Shown in pieces: positions 36,621 through 46,215 of a stretch of DNA of 64,000 nt (the stretch's first letter is position 1; each line of letters opens with the position of its first letter). Source of the DNA: an uncultured beta proteobacterium (GTDB lineage: Bacteria > Pseudomonadota > Gammaproteobacteria > Burkholderiales > SG8-39); NCBI GenBank assembly GCA_963789885.1, contig CAWBNB010000049.1, forward strand, positions 65,304 through 129,303. The letters run 5' to 3'. The notes beneath the pieces are model-generated. The model had not been told where the DNA came from and did not search any database. It saw nothing but the letters and a program-made list of their open reading frames with translations. Both the position numbers and the translations under genes were made by a program.

Positions 36621-37474
36621 GCACCTCTGCCCCCGACGTCGCGCTCTGCCGCGTCCTCCTCTTCACGCCGGGGAACCGGCCCGATCGCTTCGCCAAGGCC
36701 GCCGCGACCGGGGCCGACGGGCTGATCCTCGACCTCGAGGACGCCGTGTCGCTCGCGGGAAAGGACGAAGCGCGAGCGACCCTGATCGAGCATTTCCGCG
36801 CGGGGCACCGCCGCGGGCTCGCGGCGGGGCAGGTCTGCGGACTGCGCGTCAACAACATCCATACGCCGGCCGGCGTACGCGACCTCGACGCGCTCGTCAC
36901 CGCCGGCGTTGCGCCCGATTTCATCCTGTTGCCCAAGGTGGAATCCGCGTTCGAGGTCCGGCTCTACGCGCGGCTGGTCGCCGAAGTCCCCCTCGTCTGC
37001 ACGATCGAGTCGGCGCGCGGATTGGAGGCCGCAACCGAGATCGCGAACGCCGACCCGCGCGTGCGAGCGATGGCGTTCGGCGGCGTCGATCTCGCCGCCG
37101 ATCTCCGCGCCGAGCTCGCCTGGGAGCCGCTGCTATGGGGGCGGTCGCGCATCGTTCAGGCTGCGGCGACTGCGGGCATCGCTGCGATCGACGTGCCGCA
37201 CGTCGTGATCGACGACGAGGCGGGGCTGCGCGCCGACGCGACGCGCGCGAAGGCGATGGGCTACACGGCGAAGCTCGCCATCCATCCGAAGCAGGTGCCG
37301 GCCGTGCTCGAGGTGTTCACGCCAACGCCGGCCGAGCTCGAGCGCGCGCGCGGGATCGTGGCCGCGTGCGAGGCCGCGGGCGGGAACGTCGTCGAGTACC
37401 AGGGGAAGATGGTCGACGGACCGGTCGTGAAAGCGGCGCAGCAGCTCCTCGCCCGCGCCGGGAGCGCGCCATGA
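36617..37474 (+). CDS. HpcH/HpaI-CitE-like acyl-CoA lyase (citramalyl-/malyl-CoA lyase-like)
   Basis: Internal ATG of track ORF 35768..37474 with an ATGA overlap. Motifs are [26 protein letters not shown] and [10 protein letters not shown]. Confidence 0.8.
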   Translation: MSTSAPDVALCRVLLFTPGNRPDRFAKAAATGADGLILDLEDAVSLAGKDEARATLIEHFRAGHRRGLAAGQVCGLRVNNIHTPAGVRDLDALVTAGVAPDFILLPKVESAFEVRLYARLVAEVPLVCTIESARGLEAATEIANADPRVRAMAFGGVDLAADLRAELAWEPLLWGRSRIVQAAATAGIAAIDVPHVVIDDEAGLRADATRAKAMGYTAKLAIHPKQVPAVLEVFTPTPAELERARGIVAACEAAGGNVVEYQGKMVDGPVVKAAQQLLARAGSAP

Positions 37475-38322
37475 CCTACTCCACGCTGACGTACGGCAAG
37501 GACGAGCGCATCGGGCGAATCACGCTCAACCGGCCCGAGCGCCTGAACGCGATCAACGACGCGATGCCGGGCGAGATCCGGCGCGCGGTCGAGGAGGCGA
37601 ACGCCGACGACGACGTCCACGTCATCGTCCTCCAGGGCGCGGGCCGCGCCTTCTGCGCCGGCTACGACCTGAAGGCGTACGCGGAGGGCGCGACGCCGCT
37701 CATCCAGGACATGCCCTGGGATCCGATGCAGGACTACCGGATCATGAAGCGGTTCACCGACGACTTCTTCTCGATCTGGCGCAGCTACAAGCCGGTGATC
37801 TGCAAGGTCCACGGGTACGCGGTGGCCGGCGGCTCGGACATCGCGCTCTGCGCCGACATCGTGGTCATGGCCGAGGATGCACGGATCGGCTACATGCCGG
37901 CGCGCGTGTGGGGCTGCCCGACGACCGCGATGTGGGTCTACCGGCTCGGCGCGGAGAAGGCGAAGCGGATGCTGCTCACCGGCGACACGATCGACGGCGC
38001 CACCGCCAAAGCGTGGGGCCTCGTGTACGATGCGGTCCCCGCCGGCCGGCTCGACGACGCGGTGAACGCGCTCGCCGGCCGCATGGCGGGCGTACCGAAG
38101 AACCAGTTGATGATGCAGAAGCTGATGATCAACCAGGCCTACGAGAACATGGGGCTCGCGAACACGCAGCTGATCGCGACGCTCTTCGACGGCATCACCC
38201 GGCACACGCCCGAAGGAATGTGGTTCAAGCACCACGCGGAGGCGCACGGCTTCCACGCCGCCGTCGAATGGCGCGACGGGGGCCGGCCGATTCCCGAGGG
38301 CCGCGGAGACGGCGCGAAGTGA
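37471..38322 (+). CDS. Crotonase-family enoyl-CoA hydratase/isomerase
   Basis: Internal ATG of track ORF 36028..38322 with an ATGA overlap. Motifs are [24 protein letters not shown] and [13 protein letters not shown]. Confidence 0.85.
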   Translation: MTYSTLTYGKDERIGRITLNRPERLNAINDAMPGEIRRAVEEANADDDVHVIVLQGAGRAFCAGYDLKAYAEGATPLIQDMPWDPMQDYRIMKRFTDDFFSIWRSYKPVICKVHGYAVAGGSDIALCADIVVMAEDARIGYMPARVWGCPTTAMWVYRLGAEKAKRMLLTGDTIDGATAKAWGLVYDAVPAGRLDDAVNALAGRMAGVPKNQLMMQKLMINQAYENMGLANTQLIATLFDGITRHTPEGMWFKHHAEAHGFHAAVEWRDGGRPIPEGRGDGAK

Positions 38323-39152
38323 GGGGCGCGCTCGCGCTCGCCGCCTGCCTCGCGCTGCCGGCGGTCGGCCACGGACAGGGGTATCTCTCCAACGCGCCTT
38401 ACGTTCCGACCCCGCAATCGACGGTGGACCGGATGCTCGAGCTGGCGAAGGTCGGGCCGGGCGATCTCGTGATCGACCTCGGCTCGGGCGACGGCCGCAT
38501 CCCGATCACCGCCGCGAAGCGGTTCGGCGCACGCGGAATCGGGATCGAGATCGAGCAGGATCTCATTGCGAAGAGCCGCTTCGACGCGCGCTGGGAGGGC
38601 GTGTCCGATCGCGTGACGTTCAAGGTCGAGGACCTCTTCGAGACCGACCTTCGCCCGGCGACGGTGCTGACGCTCTACCTCTTCCGCGAGCTGAACATCA
38701 AGCTGCGGCCGCGCATCCTCGAGCAGATGCGCCCTGGGACGCGCGTCGTCACCCACGACTGGGACATGGGCGAGTGGGAGCCGGACGTGGCCGAGGTCAA
38801 GCCCGCGCCGGACAAGCCGGTCGGGATCGACCGCAACAGCAAGATCTTCCTCTGGTACGTCCCGGCGAGGCTGGCGGGGAACTGGCGGCTCGAGTCGACG
38901 CTCGCGCCCGATCGCCCCGCGAACGTCACGCTCGCGCAGCGGTTCCAGCTCTTCGAGGGCGGGCTCGAGTACGACGGCGGGCGGCAGGAGGTCGCCGGCG
39001 GGCGTGCACGCGGCACGGCGGTGAAGTTCACCGTGCCCGGTGCGTCGCCGTGGTCCGGCGTGTACGAGGGCACGGCCGACGGCGACGAGCTCCGCGGGGA
39101 GATCCTGCGCGATGGCGCTGTTGCCGGACGATTCACCGCGCGGCGGCTATGA
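38319..39152 (+). CDS. Class I (seven-beta-strand) SAM-methyltransferase-fold protein with an N-terminal signal/anchor and a C-terminal beta-rich domain, copy 1
   Basis: A GTG inside track ORF 37908..39152 overlaps the crotonase stop (GTGA). The sequence reads [21 protein letters not shown], then [50 protein letters not shown]. Confidence 0.7.
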   Translation: MRGALALAACLALPAVGHGQGYLSNAPYVPTPQSTVDRMLELAKVGPGDLVIDLGSGDGRIPITAAKRFGARGIGIEIEQDLIAKSRFDARWEGVSDRVTFKVEDLFETDLRPATVLTLYLFRELNIKLRPRILEQMRPGTRVVTHDWDMGEWEPDVAEVKPAPDKPVGIDRNSKIFLWYVPARLAGNWRLESTLAPDRPANVTLAQRFQLFEGGLEYDGGRQEVAGGRARGTAVKFTVPGASPWSGVYEGTADGDELRGEILRDGAVAGRFTARRL

Positions 39153-40006
39153 AGGGCCCGCGGTCGTTGGCCGCGGTCGCGGCGTTCCTGCTCGCGCCCG
39201 TCCCGGTTGCTCTCCTGGTCGCGCCCGGGTTCGCTGCCGAGGAGGTCCCGTACGTCCAGACCCCGCAGCCGGTCGTCGACGCGATGCTGAAGCTCGCCGG
39301 CGTGAACGGGCGCGATTTCCTCATCGACCTCGGCTCGGGCGACGGTCGCATTCCGATCACCGCGGCGAAGCGGTACGGGGCACGCGGTTACGGCGTCGAC
39401 TACGTCGGCCAGCTCGTCAAGCTCGCGAACGACAACGCGGCCAAGGCGGGCGTCGCCGACCGCGTGCGGTTCGAGGAGCGCGACATCTTCAAGACCGACC
39501 TCTCCGCCGCCACGGTGGTCGCGTTCTACCTGCTGCCCGACTTCAACCTCGAGCTGCGGCCGAAGCTCCTCGAGGAGTTGCGGCCCGGGACGCGGCTCGT
39601 TTCGCACGACGGCGACATGGGTGACTGGCCGCCGGACGCGCGGATCGTCGTGGACGCGCCGGGGAAGACGGTCGGGGTCGAGAAGAAGAGCACGATCTAC
39701 CTCTGGGTCGTGCCGGCGATGGTGATGGGCGAGTGGAAGACGCGGGTGCCGCTCGCGGGCGGGACGCGCGAGGTCACGCTCGATCTCGCGCAGAGTTTCC
39801 AGACGCTATCGGGTGCGGCGAGCGTGCGCGGGAAGAGCATCCCGCTGGAGCGGGCGTACGTGCGGGGACAGTTCGTGTTCTTCCGGTTTCCCTACGACGG
39901 CGGAGCCGTGCGGTTCGAGGGTCGCGCGACGAAGGACCGGATCGTGGGGAAGGTCACGACGCCGGACGGCAGTACGCATCCGTGGCGGGCGCTTCGGGCT
40001 GACTGA
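39149..40006 (+). CDS. Class I SAM-methyltransferase-fold protein with an N-terminal signal/anchor, copy 2 (tandem paralog)
   Basis: An ATG inside track ORF 38774..40006 overlaps the previous stop (ATGA). The sequence reads [29 protein letters not shown], then [50 protein letters not shown]. Confidence 0.7.
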   Translation: MKGPRSLAAVAAFLLAPVPVALLVAPGFAAEEVPYVQTPQPVVDAMLKLAGVNGRDFLIDLGSGDGRIPITAAKRYGARGYGVDYVGQLVKLANDNAAKAGVADRVRFEERDIFKTDLSAATVVAFYLLPDFNLELRPKLLEELRPGTRLVSHDGDMGDWPPDARIVVDAPGKTVGVEKKSTIYLWVVPAMVMGEWKTRVPLAGGTREVTLDLAQSFQTLSGAASVRGKSIPLERAYVRGQFVFFRFPYDGGAVRFEGRATKDRIVGKVTTPDGSTHPWRALRAD

Positions 40007-40030
40007 CCGGGGACGCGGCAAGTCAGCCCG
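39995..40030. terminator. Bidirectional hairpin between convergent genes; both stop codons lie inside the stem arms
   Basis: cgggctgact-N16-agtcagcccg forms a 10-bp stem. The TGA of the + gene (40004-40006) and the TGA of the - gene (40023-40025) are both within the arms. Confidence 0.5.
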
Positions 40031-42219
40031 AGGGCTCGCCCAGCTCGCGCAGCGAGGCGGTCGTGTGACGGAGGCGGCCCGAAAGGTGACGGCCGAGGTT
40101 GAACAGCAGCTTGTTCGCCAGCGCGGGATGAGTGACCGCCAGCGCGGTGAGCGTCGTGCGCGACAGGCTGTAGACCACTGCATCTTCGGCCGCGATCGCG
40201 GTCGCCGAACGGTCGTTCCCGTCGAACAGGGCGGCCTCGCCGAACAGTGAACCCGGCGCGAAGGTTACGAGGCGGCTGTCAGCGCCGTCGCTCCCGTGGA
40301 CCACGATCGACACGGCGCCGCGCGCCAGAACGTAGAGGCGGTTGCCGGACTCGCCCTCGCGGAACAGGACCTCGTCCGGATCCAGCTCCTGCCGCCTAAG
40401 CAGTTCCCGCATGACCTCGAGCTCTTCCGCATCGAGGCCGGTCGTCAGGGCGAGCTGCTCGAGCGGGATCTCGCGGCGCGGGCCGTGCTCGACCTCGCGG
40501 AGCAGCCGCCGCTCGGCCCACTCGATCGCCCGGTCGGCGTCGACGAACCAGCGCCTCGTTTCATGCGAGAGAAAGGTCCCGCTCGCGACGAGCGCCGTCC
40601 CGCGCCGGCCCTTCGGCGTAATCCCGGCGAGCGCCACGTGCACGCCTGCGGCCTGCTGGCGCTTCACCAGCTGCTCGAGCACGAGGGCGCCGGTCGCGTC
40701 GATGTCGGTCACGCGCCGCAGATCGAGGATCACGTAGTCGGCAGCCTTTGCGAGGGCCTCGACTTGGGTGCTGAGGCGCTCGGTGTTGCCGAAGAACAGC
40801 GCGCCCTGCAGCTCGATCAGCTTGATGCGGGTCCGGAGCGGAGCCAGCCGCTGCTCCTCCCCGGAGCCATAGACCCGGCGCGACGGCCGTGCGGCGCCGT
40901 CGTGCACCGCGCGCACCAGCGAGCGATTCACGGCGGCGATGAACAGCGCCATCGACAGGAAGATCCCCGCGATCACCGCGACGACGAAGTTGATCGCGAC
41001 CATCGCCCCCGCGACCAGGACGACGACTGCGGTGTTCGTCCAGGCAAACCGGTCGCGGACGTTGGCGACCAGACGTCGCAGCAGGCTCCGCGTCCAGGTG
41101 TCGACCAGGTTCCAGGCGACCACGAGCATGATCCCCGCGAGCACCGCGATCGGCAGTTTCGAAAGCAGGTGCGCGCCGCCGACCATCAGGACGAGCAGCG
41201 CCGCCGACGAGACGTAGCTCGTCGCCTGGGTCCGGCCGCCGGCGCGCCATCCGGCGATTGCCTGCGCCGGCGAAAGCGCGATCGCGACGCCGCCGAAGAG
41301 TGCGGAGGCCACGTTGCCCAGGCCTTGGGCGACGAGCTCGCGGTTCGCCTGGTGACGTGTTTCCGTGACGTTGTCGATCGCTGCGGCGCCCAAGAGCGAA
41401 TCCATCGTGCCGATGATCGCGATCACCGCTGCGCTGGTCACGAGCGCGAACAGATGCTTTCCGGCCGCGGGCGTCCCGAGAGCCGAGAACGCGCCTTCGA
41501 GGGCCGTCGGCAGCGGGAGGCTGGTCGGTAGCGTGCCGACCGTCGGCCCGAGCGCGGCGTCGGCGACCGTGATGCGCAGCGCGTAGTAGAGCGCCGTGCC
41601 GCCCAGCAGCCCGACCAGCGCCGCCGGAACGCGGCGCGAACGCGGAGCTGCGACGAACACCATGCCTGCGGTGGCAAGGCTCACGACTGCAGTCCAGGGC
41701 TGTACCGCACCGACCCAGCCGAGCCCGGGCGTGCGCAGCACGTTGGGTGCGACGCCAAGTACGTGCGGCACCTGGGCGAGCACGATCAGCACCGCGACGC
41801 CGCACATGAAGCCCGCGACGACCGGATACGGGACGAACTTGACGACGGTCCCGACCCGCAGCGCTCCGAACAGAACCTGGATCACGCCGGCGCAGGCGAC
41901 GCACAGGCCGCTGAGGGTGAGGACTTCGTGGACGCCGAGAGCGGGGTCGGCGATCGAGGCTCGCGACGAACGCACCCTGGACGAGGGTGACCGAGGCGCG
42001 CGGTCCGCTCACCGGCAAGGCCGTCCCGGTAAGCGCGGAGGCGACGAGATTGCCGACAATCGCCGCGATGAGCCCCGCGCGGATGCCGAGCTCGGCCCGC
42101 TCCGGACCGAGCGGCGCAAGCGCGAGCATGCCGAACGTCAGCGCGAATGCAAGGCTGGCGATGGCGGTGACGAGTCCGCCGGGGATGTCGCCGCGGAGCG
42201 ACTGCAGGGAGGGCCGCAT
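40023..42219 (-). pseudogene. SulP-family anion permease with C-terminal STAS and cyclic-nucleotide-binding domains, broken by a +1 frameshift near codon ~88
   Basis: The N-terminus MRPSLQSLRGDIPGGLVTAIASLAFALTFGMLA...GPRASVTLVQGAFVAS is in the frame of track ORF 40561..42219. The remainder, IADPALGVHEVLTLSGL...FVPYPVVAGFMCGVA...(STAS)...(cNMP: LFREGESGNRLYVLARG...FGEAALF), is in the frame of ORF 40023..41975. The junction is at ~41950-41962. Confidence 0.75.
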
Positions 42220-42461
42220 GATCGGGGGTGAGGGCAGCCGGGACGGGCGGCGGCGGATCCTAACACTGCGGGCAGCGGAGTAGTCACTGGCCGGCGACGT
42301 CGGGGGCGTCCCGACGCATCCTGTCGAAGCCGGGCTGCTTCTCCCGTCTTGTCGCGGCGCCGCGGCAGGCCTAGCGCTCGGCCAGAAGCGGCCTCTCGGT
42401 TTCTGTCCGTATCATGAGGTATTGGTGAATCCGGCTGGACCAATGCACGAACTCGTAGATC

Positions 42462-42821
42462 ATGAGCTTCTGGAAGATTGCCGTCGGCACCGCGACGGGC
42501 CTGCTCGTAGCCTACGCTGCCGTTCGAATGCCCGCATTGTGGGATTCGTACCAAACGCAGCGGCGGGCCAAGCACGAGGCTGCTGTAGATGTCGAGTCCG
42601 AAAAACTCGATAAACGGCAGCGAGAGGCGCGCGTGACCCTGGTCAGGGAAGAATGTGGTGACGACGATCGCTGCAGCCTTGGCTACTGGGAAGCAATCAA
42701 GGCGTGGGACGCGTGCCGCGAACGGCACGCGAATCTGCCGTTATCCTGTGCTACTGATTACGATTCCGCGGTGGCGAGGGCGAAGGCGTTCGCTGGACCC
42801 AGGACCGGCCACGAACACTAG
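42462..42821 (+). CDS. Hypothetical 119-aa protein: N-terminal TM helix, charged helix, four-Cys C-terminal region
   Basis: Track ORF. It reads MSFWKIAVGTATGLLVAYAAV...REECGDDDRCSLGYWEAIKAWDACRERHANLPLSC. Its codon usage is noticeably less GC-rich than its neighbours. I recognise no family. Confidence 0.4.
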   Translation: MSFWKIAVGTATGLLVAYAAVRMPALWDSYQTQRRAKHEAAVDVESEKLDKRQREARVTLVREECGDDDRCSLGYWEAIKAWDACRERHANLPLSCATDYDSAVARAKAFAGPRTGHEH

Positions 42822-42913
42822 CCCGCCAACAGGCGCTCCTCGCCCTAGACGGTGGCCCACTCGTCGGTTGGCCCCGGTGACGGTGGCCGACGCGACGCTC
42901 GCCCACGTCCGCG

Positions 42914-44065
42914 TCAACGGATCCTGTTCGGACTCGCCTCGAACGCTTTGCGCAACGCCGGCGGCATAGCGTCGACGACGTCTTGCGGGTATTCGACGCG
43001 GTGTCTGCCAACCTGGAGCGCGAGCGCCGGCGGGCGGCGCTCGAAGCACTCGTCGCAGCGTCCGATGGCGCCGGTCGGGATGAACCGCCGGCATTCGAAG
43101 CACCGGTCGCGTTCCACGTGCGGACGCCTCTGCGGATTCCGCCGGTAAACCATGACCCGGTCGCGAAGGCGCGGCCAATGCGGAAGATCGCGCGTTTCGA
43201 GCAACGTCCAGTTCAGGCGCAGCTCGCGGTGGAAGCGCACCGAACCGGTGGCGCCTTCGTCGGGCTCGCCGATGTAGATCACGACATCGCCCCGATAAGC
43301 GCGCAGCACTGCGTAGCTTGCGCCGTCGTCGTCGAACGGCGGCCAGCAAAGTACGAGAGTACGATCCGCATGTCGACGCGCCGTCTCGGCGGACGAGGCG
43401 CGGCGGACTTCGGTCCACGGTCGCCTGGCGCGCCGGTGATACGCGTTCCGTGCGCTGCGCCCGGGCGGTGCCGAGTCGCACGCGATTACGTCTACTCCTC
43501 GAGCGCGCAGCAGCGCCGCCCAGTACCCCATTCCGGCCCCGCACTCGACGAGCGGCCCGTGCCGGGCGAGCACTTCGATCGCATCCTCGGTCGGGATCGC
43601 CCACGCGAATAGCGACGCGAGCTCGCGTCGGCGCTCCGCCAAGTCGAGCAGGTGCGCGAGACCGGGGGTCAGCTGCCAGTGGCCGCCGCCGCCGCCGAGT
43701 CGCTCCACGAGAGCGAGATAGGGGTTTTCGCCCGGCCGGAGCGCACGGCGTCGCCCTACGGCGGCGAGGCTGTCACGAAACGCGCTGAGGCGGCGAACGC
43801 CTTCCCGCCAGTCGTCCTCCGAACAGGCGACCGAGGGAAACCTGGCCTTGAAGTCGTCGAAGCAGACGGTCGCGTGAAGGGCCGCGGGCGTTATCCGCGG
43901 CGGACGTCTCCCGCCACGCGTGTGGTCCCAACGATCCGGCGCCGCGAGTTCGACGGCGCAGCCGCATTCGCTGCAGATCGGATGGCCGTCGACCACCACA
44001 CGGCGTCCGCCGCTCAGGAGCGGCCGGACACCGGCCGGACCGCCCCTGCACGGCGTAACGCTCAT
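42914..44065 (-). CDS. Hypothetical 383-aa protein: Rossmann/methyltransferase-like core flanked by CxxC zinc-ribbon-like motifs
   Basis: This is the C-terminal third of the chimeric 1033-aa track ORF 42914..46015. Its ATG overlaps the amidohydrolase stop (ATGA). The sequence shows HPICSECGC near the N-terminus, a glycine-loop LVECGAGMGYWAALLRARGVDVIACD, then LCWPPFDDDGASYAVLRAYRGDVVIYIGE, and a C-terminal RCFECRRFIPTGAIGRCDEC. Confidence 0.55.
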   Translation of the reverse strand: MSVTPCRGGPAGVRPLLSGGRRVVVDGHPICSECGCAVELAAPDRWDHTRGGRRPPRITPAALHATVCFDDFKARFPSVACSEDDWREGVRRLSAFRDSLAAVGRRRALRPGENPYLALVERLGGGGGHWQLTPGLAHLLDLAERRRELASLFAWAIPTEDAIEVLARHGPLVECGAGMGYWAALLRARGVDVIACDSAPPGRSARNAYHRRARRPWTEVRRASSAETARRHADRTLVLCWPPFDDDGASYAVLRAYRGDVVIYIGEPDEGATGSVRFHRELRLNWTLLETRDLPHWPRLRDRVMVYRRNPQRRPHVERDRCFECRRFIPTGAIGRCDECFERRPPALALQVGRHRVEYPQDVVDAMPPALRKAFEASPNRIR

Positions 44066-45844
44066 CGGTGATAGTGGTGGTGGTGGTGTTTTCCGTCGAG
44101 GTTGTCGTAGACCACGTCGCCGTCGACCACCGTAAGTGCCGATCGGATCTGCTTGAGATCCTCGGCCGCCACCGAGAAGTAGTCGCGGTTGAGGGCCACC
44201 AGGTCCGCGAGCTTGCCTTCCTCGATGCTGCCGAGCTGATCCTCCTCGCGCAGGAACCAGCCGTTCTGCCGCGTATAGAGGCTGAGCACCTCCTCGCGCG
44301 AGATCTGCTGCCCCGGATTGATCTGCACGTTCCGTGCATTGAGGCCGGTAGTGGCGTAATACATGTGGAGCCACGGATTCATCGGCGCGATCTGCATGCC
44401 GTCTGAGCTCATGCCGACGTGGATGCCGTCCTGGCGGTAGCTGCTGTCGACGATCATCCGGAACGGCGGTCCCGCGTAGGGAGCCACCGTACTCGTGGTC
44501 GGGTTGCCGGCGAGGTACTGCCAGCCAGTCAGCGAGAGGTTGCCCCCGATCGCCTGGAAGCGGTCGATCCATTCCTGGGTGATGCCGGGCACGTGCGCGA
44601 CCACCCAGCGCCGGTCGCGGACCACCCCCGGGAACTCGCCGTTCACCGTTTCGAACGCCCCGATCTCCAGCTCGAAGTCGGCCGGCGCGCTGGCGGGTGT
44701 GTTTCGGCGGCCGAGCGAGTGCACCTCCGCCCGCCAGTTCGCGGCCGCGACGCGCCTCGCCGCGGCGAGGAACGGGCTGGTGGTGCTCGTGCCCTGGGCG
44801 ATGAACTCGCCGATGCCTCCGCTCCTCACCATGTCGTCTCCGAAGAACGGGAACGCGTTCTTCAGGCGCTGCACCAGCTCCGGGGTGTCCGCGAGCGGCT
44901 CCATGTGCAGGAAGTTGATCCGCAGCCGAACGAGGCCGAGTCCCTGGTCGTAGATCTCCAGGAACGGCAGGTGCATGGTGAAGTTGTCTTCGTGAGCGGC
45001 GCCGTCGGAGGGCGTGTTCGTCTTCTGGAATGCGCCCTGATCGAGGTGCGTCGTCACGCCCACGATCGCAGCATATTGCATCGCGTCGAGAACACCACGC
45101 CGCCGCTGTTCCGGGGTGAGGAGCGTGTTCCGCAGGTAAAGGAGCGCGGTCGAGGACTGGGTCCCTCCCGCGATGGCGCCGGTCGGGCTGACGGTGACGC
45201 CGTTCGCCTCGAGGATCGCCTTGCCGGCGCTGTTGGTCACCGACGGCCCGGTGAAGCCGACCTCGATGAACACCGGATTGTTCTTTACGGCCGCATCGAG
45301 CTCGGCCAGGGTCGGCAGGCGGCCGCTGGTCGGATCGCCCGGCGTGGCGTAGATATGGTTGAAGTGAAACCCGCCGATCGTCGTGATCCAGGCGCCCGTC
45401 GGGGATGCCGGCCGCCCGCGCTTTGTAGATCGCCTGCACGTCCGGGATGGAATAGGCGTTCTCGAGCGGCGTGTGGTAACCGGGCCGGTTGCCCATCAGC
45501 ACGAAGTGGTTGTGGTTGTCGATGATGCCCGGAACGACCGTTCGTCCGTTCAGATCGATGACCTTGGTTTCCCGCCCGTAGCTGGACCGCCCGACGTTGC
45601 CGACCTCTATGAAGCGGCCGTCCTTGATCGCCACCGAGGACACGACGCGGTTGCGCGCGTCCATCGTGTGGATCCTGCCGTCGACGAGGATCAGGTCGGG
45701 GTCCGGGTGCTTCGGCCGTGATTTCTTGTGCGGGTTGAACGCGAGCGCGGGCGTCGTGAACATCGTTCCGCCCGCGGCGGCGGCGGCCGTCTGGATGAAC
45801 TCGCGACGCGAGAAGCCGCGCTGTGGGCGCCGGTCTTTCTTCAT
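44062..45844 (-). pseudogene. Tat-signal amidohydrolase (Amidohydro_3-like), broken by a +1 frameshift
   Basis: The N-terminus MKKDRRPQRGFSRREFIQTAAAAAGG...VPGIIDNHNHFV...YKARAAGIP is in the frame of track ORF 42914..46015. The sequence continues as WITTIGGFHFNHIYATPGD...VFIEVGFTGPS... in the frame of ORF 44062..45273. The junction is at ~45395-45403 in a C4 run. The RBS is aaaggagg. Confidence 0.75.
44074..44088 (-). repeat. (CAC)5 trinucleotide repeat encoding His5 at the C-terminus of the amidohydrolase
   Basis: gtggtggtggtggtg is seen on the + strand. The protein tail is ...DGKHHHHHYHR-stop. Confidence 0.8.
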
Positions 45845-46215
45845 TTCGACTTTCCTCCTTTGCGATGAGTGCGGGCGATCGCAACTTCCGTCGGTCTCCC
45901 GATCGCGATCGCACCAGCATACGTGTATACCGGACGACCGCGAAAATGGAAAGCGCGCCGCACCGACATCGCGTCGATGATCGGCGCTTCGCTCGGCCGA
46001 GCACCCGCCGAGCATCGCGAACGTGGGCTCGCTCCCACGCGCGCGTCGATCCGCTAAGGGAATTGCCGACGACTATCGGATGGAACCGTCGCGCTGCTTT
46101 ACAGCCTTTGTGTTGCAGTGCGTGCACGGAGCGCCCGCAGCGGCGCGTCCAGACAAAGTGACGCGACTTGGCAGAGAGTCGGAGCAGTAAGGATCAACAC
46201 CGGCGTACGCTCGCC

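Noticed and set aside
42914-46015. A single 1033-aa ORF suggesting one giant protein.
   Set aside because: It is a chimera of three parts: the frameshifted N-terminus of the Tat amidohydrolase, an out-of-frame read across that gene's C-terminal half, and the separate downstream 383-aa gene that happens to be in the same frame.
45845-46215. A 370-nt gene-free stretch considered as a possible riboswitch or small RNA gene.
   Set aside because: I could not recognise any known riboswitch core or terminator. It contains only short GC palindromes. It is retained as part of the island finding and is not called as an RNA feature.
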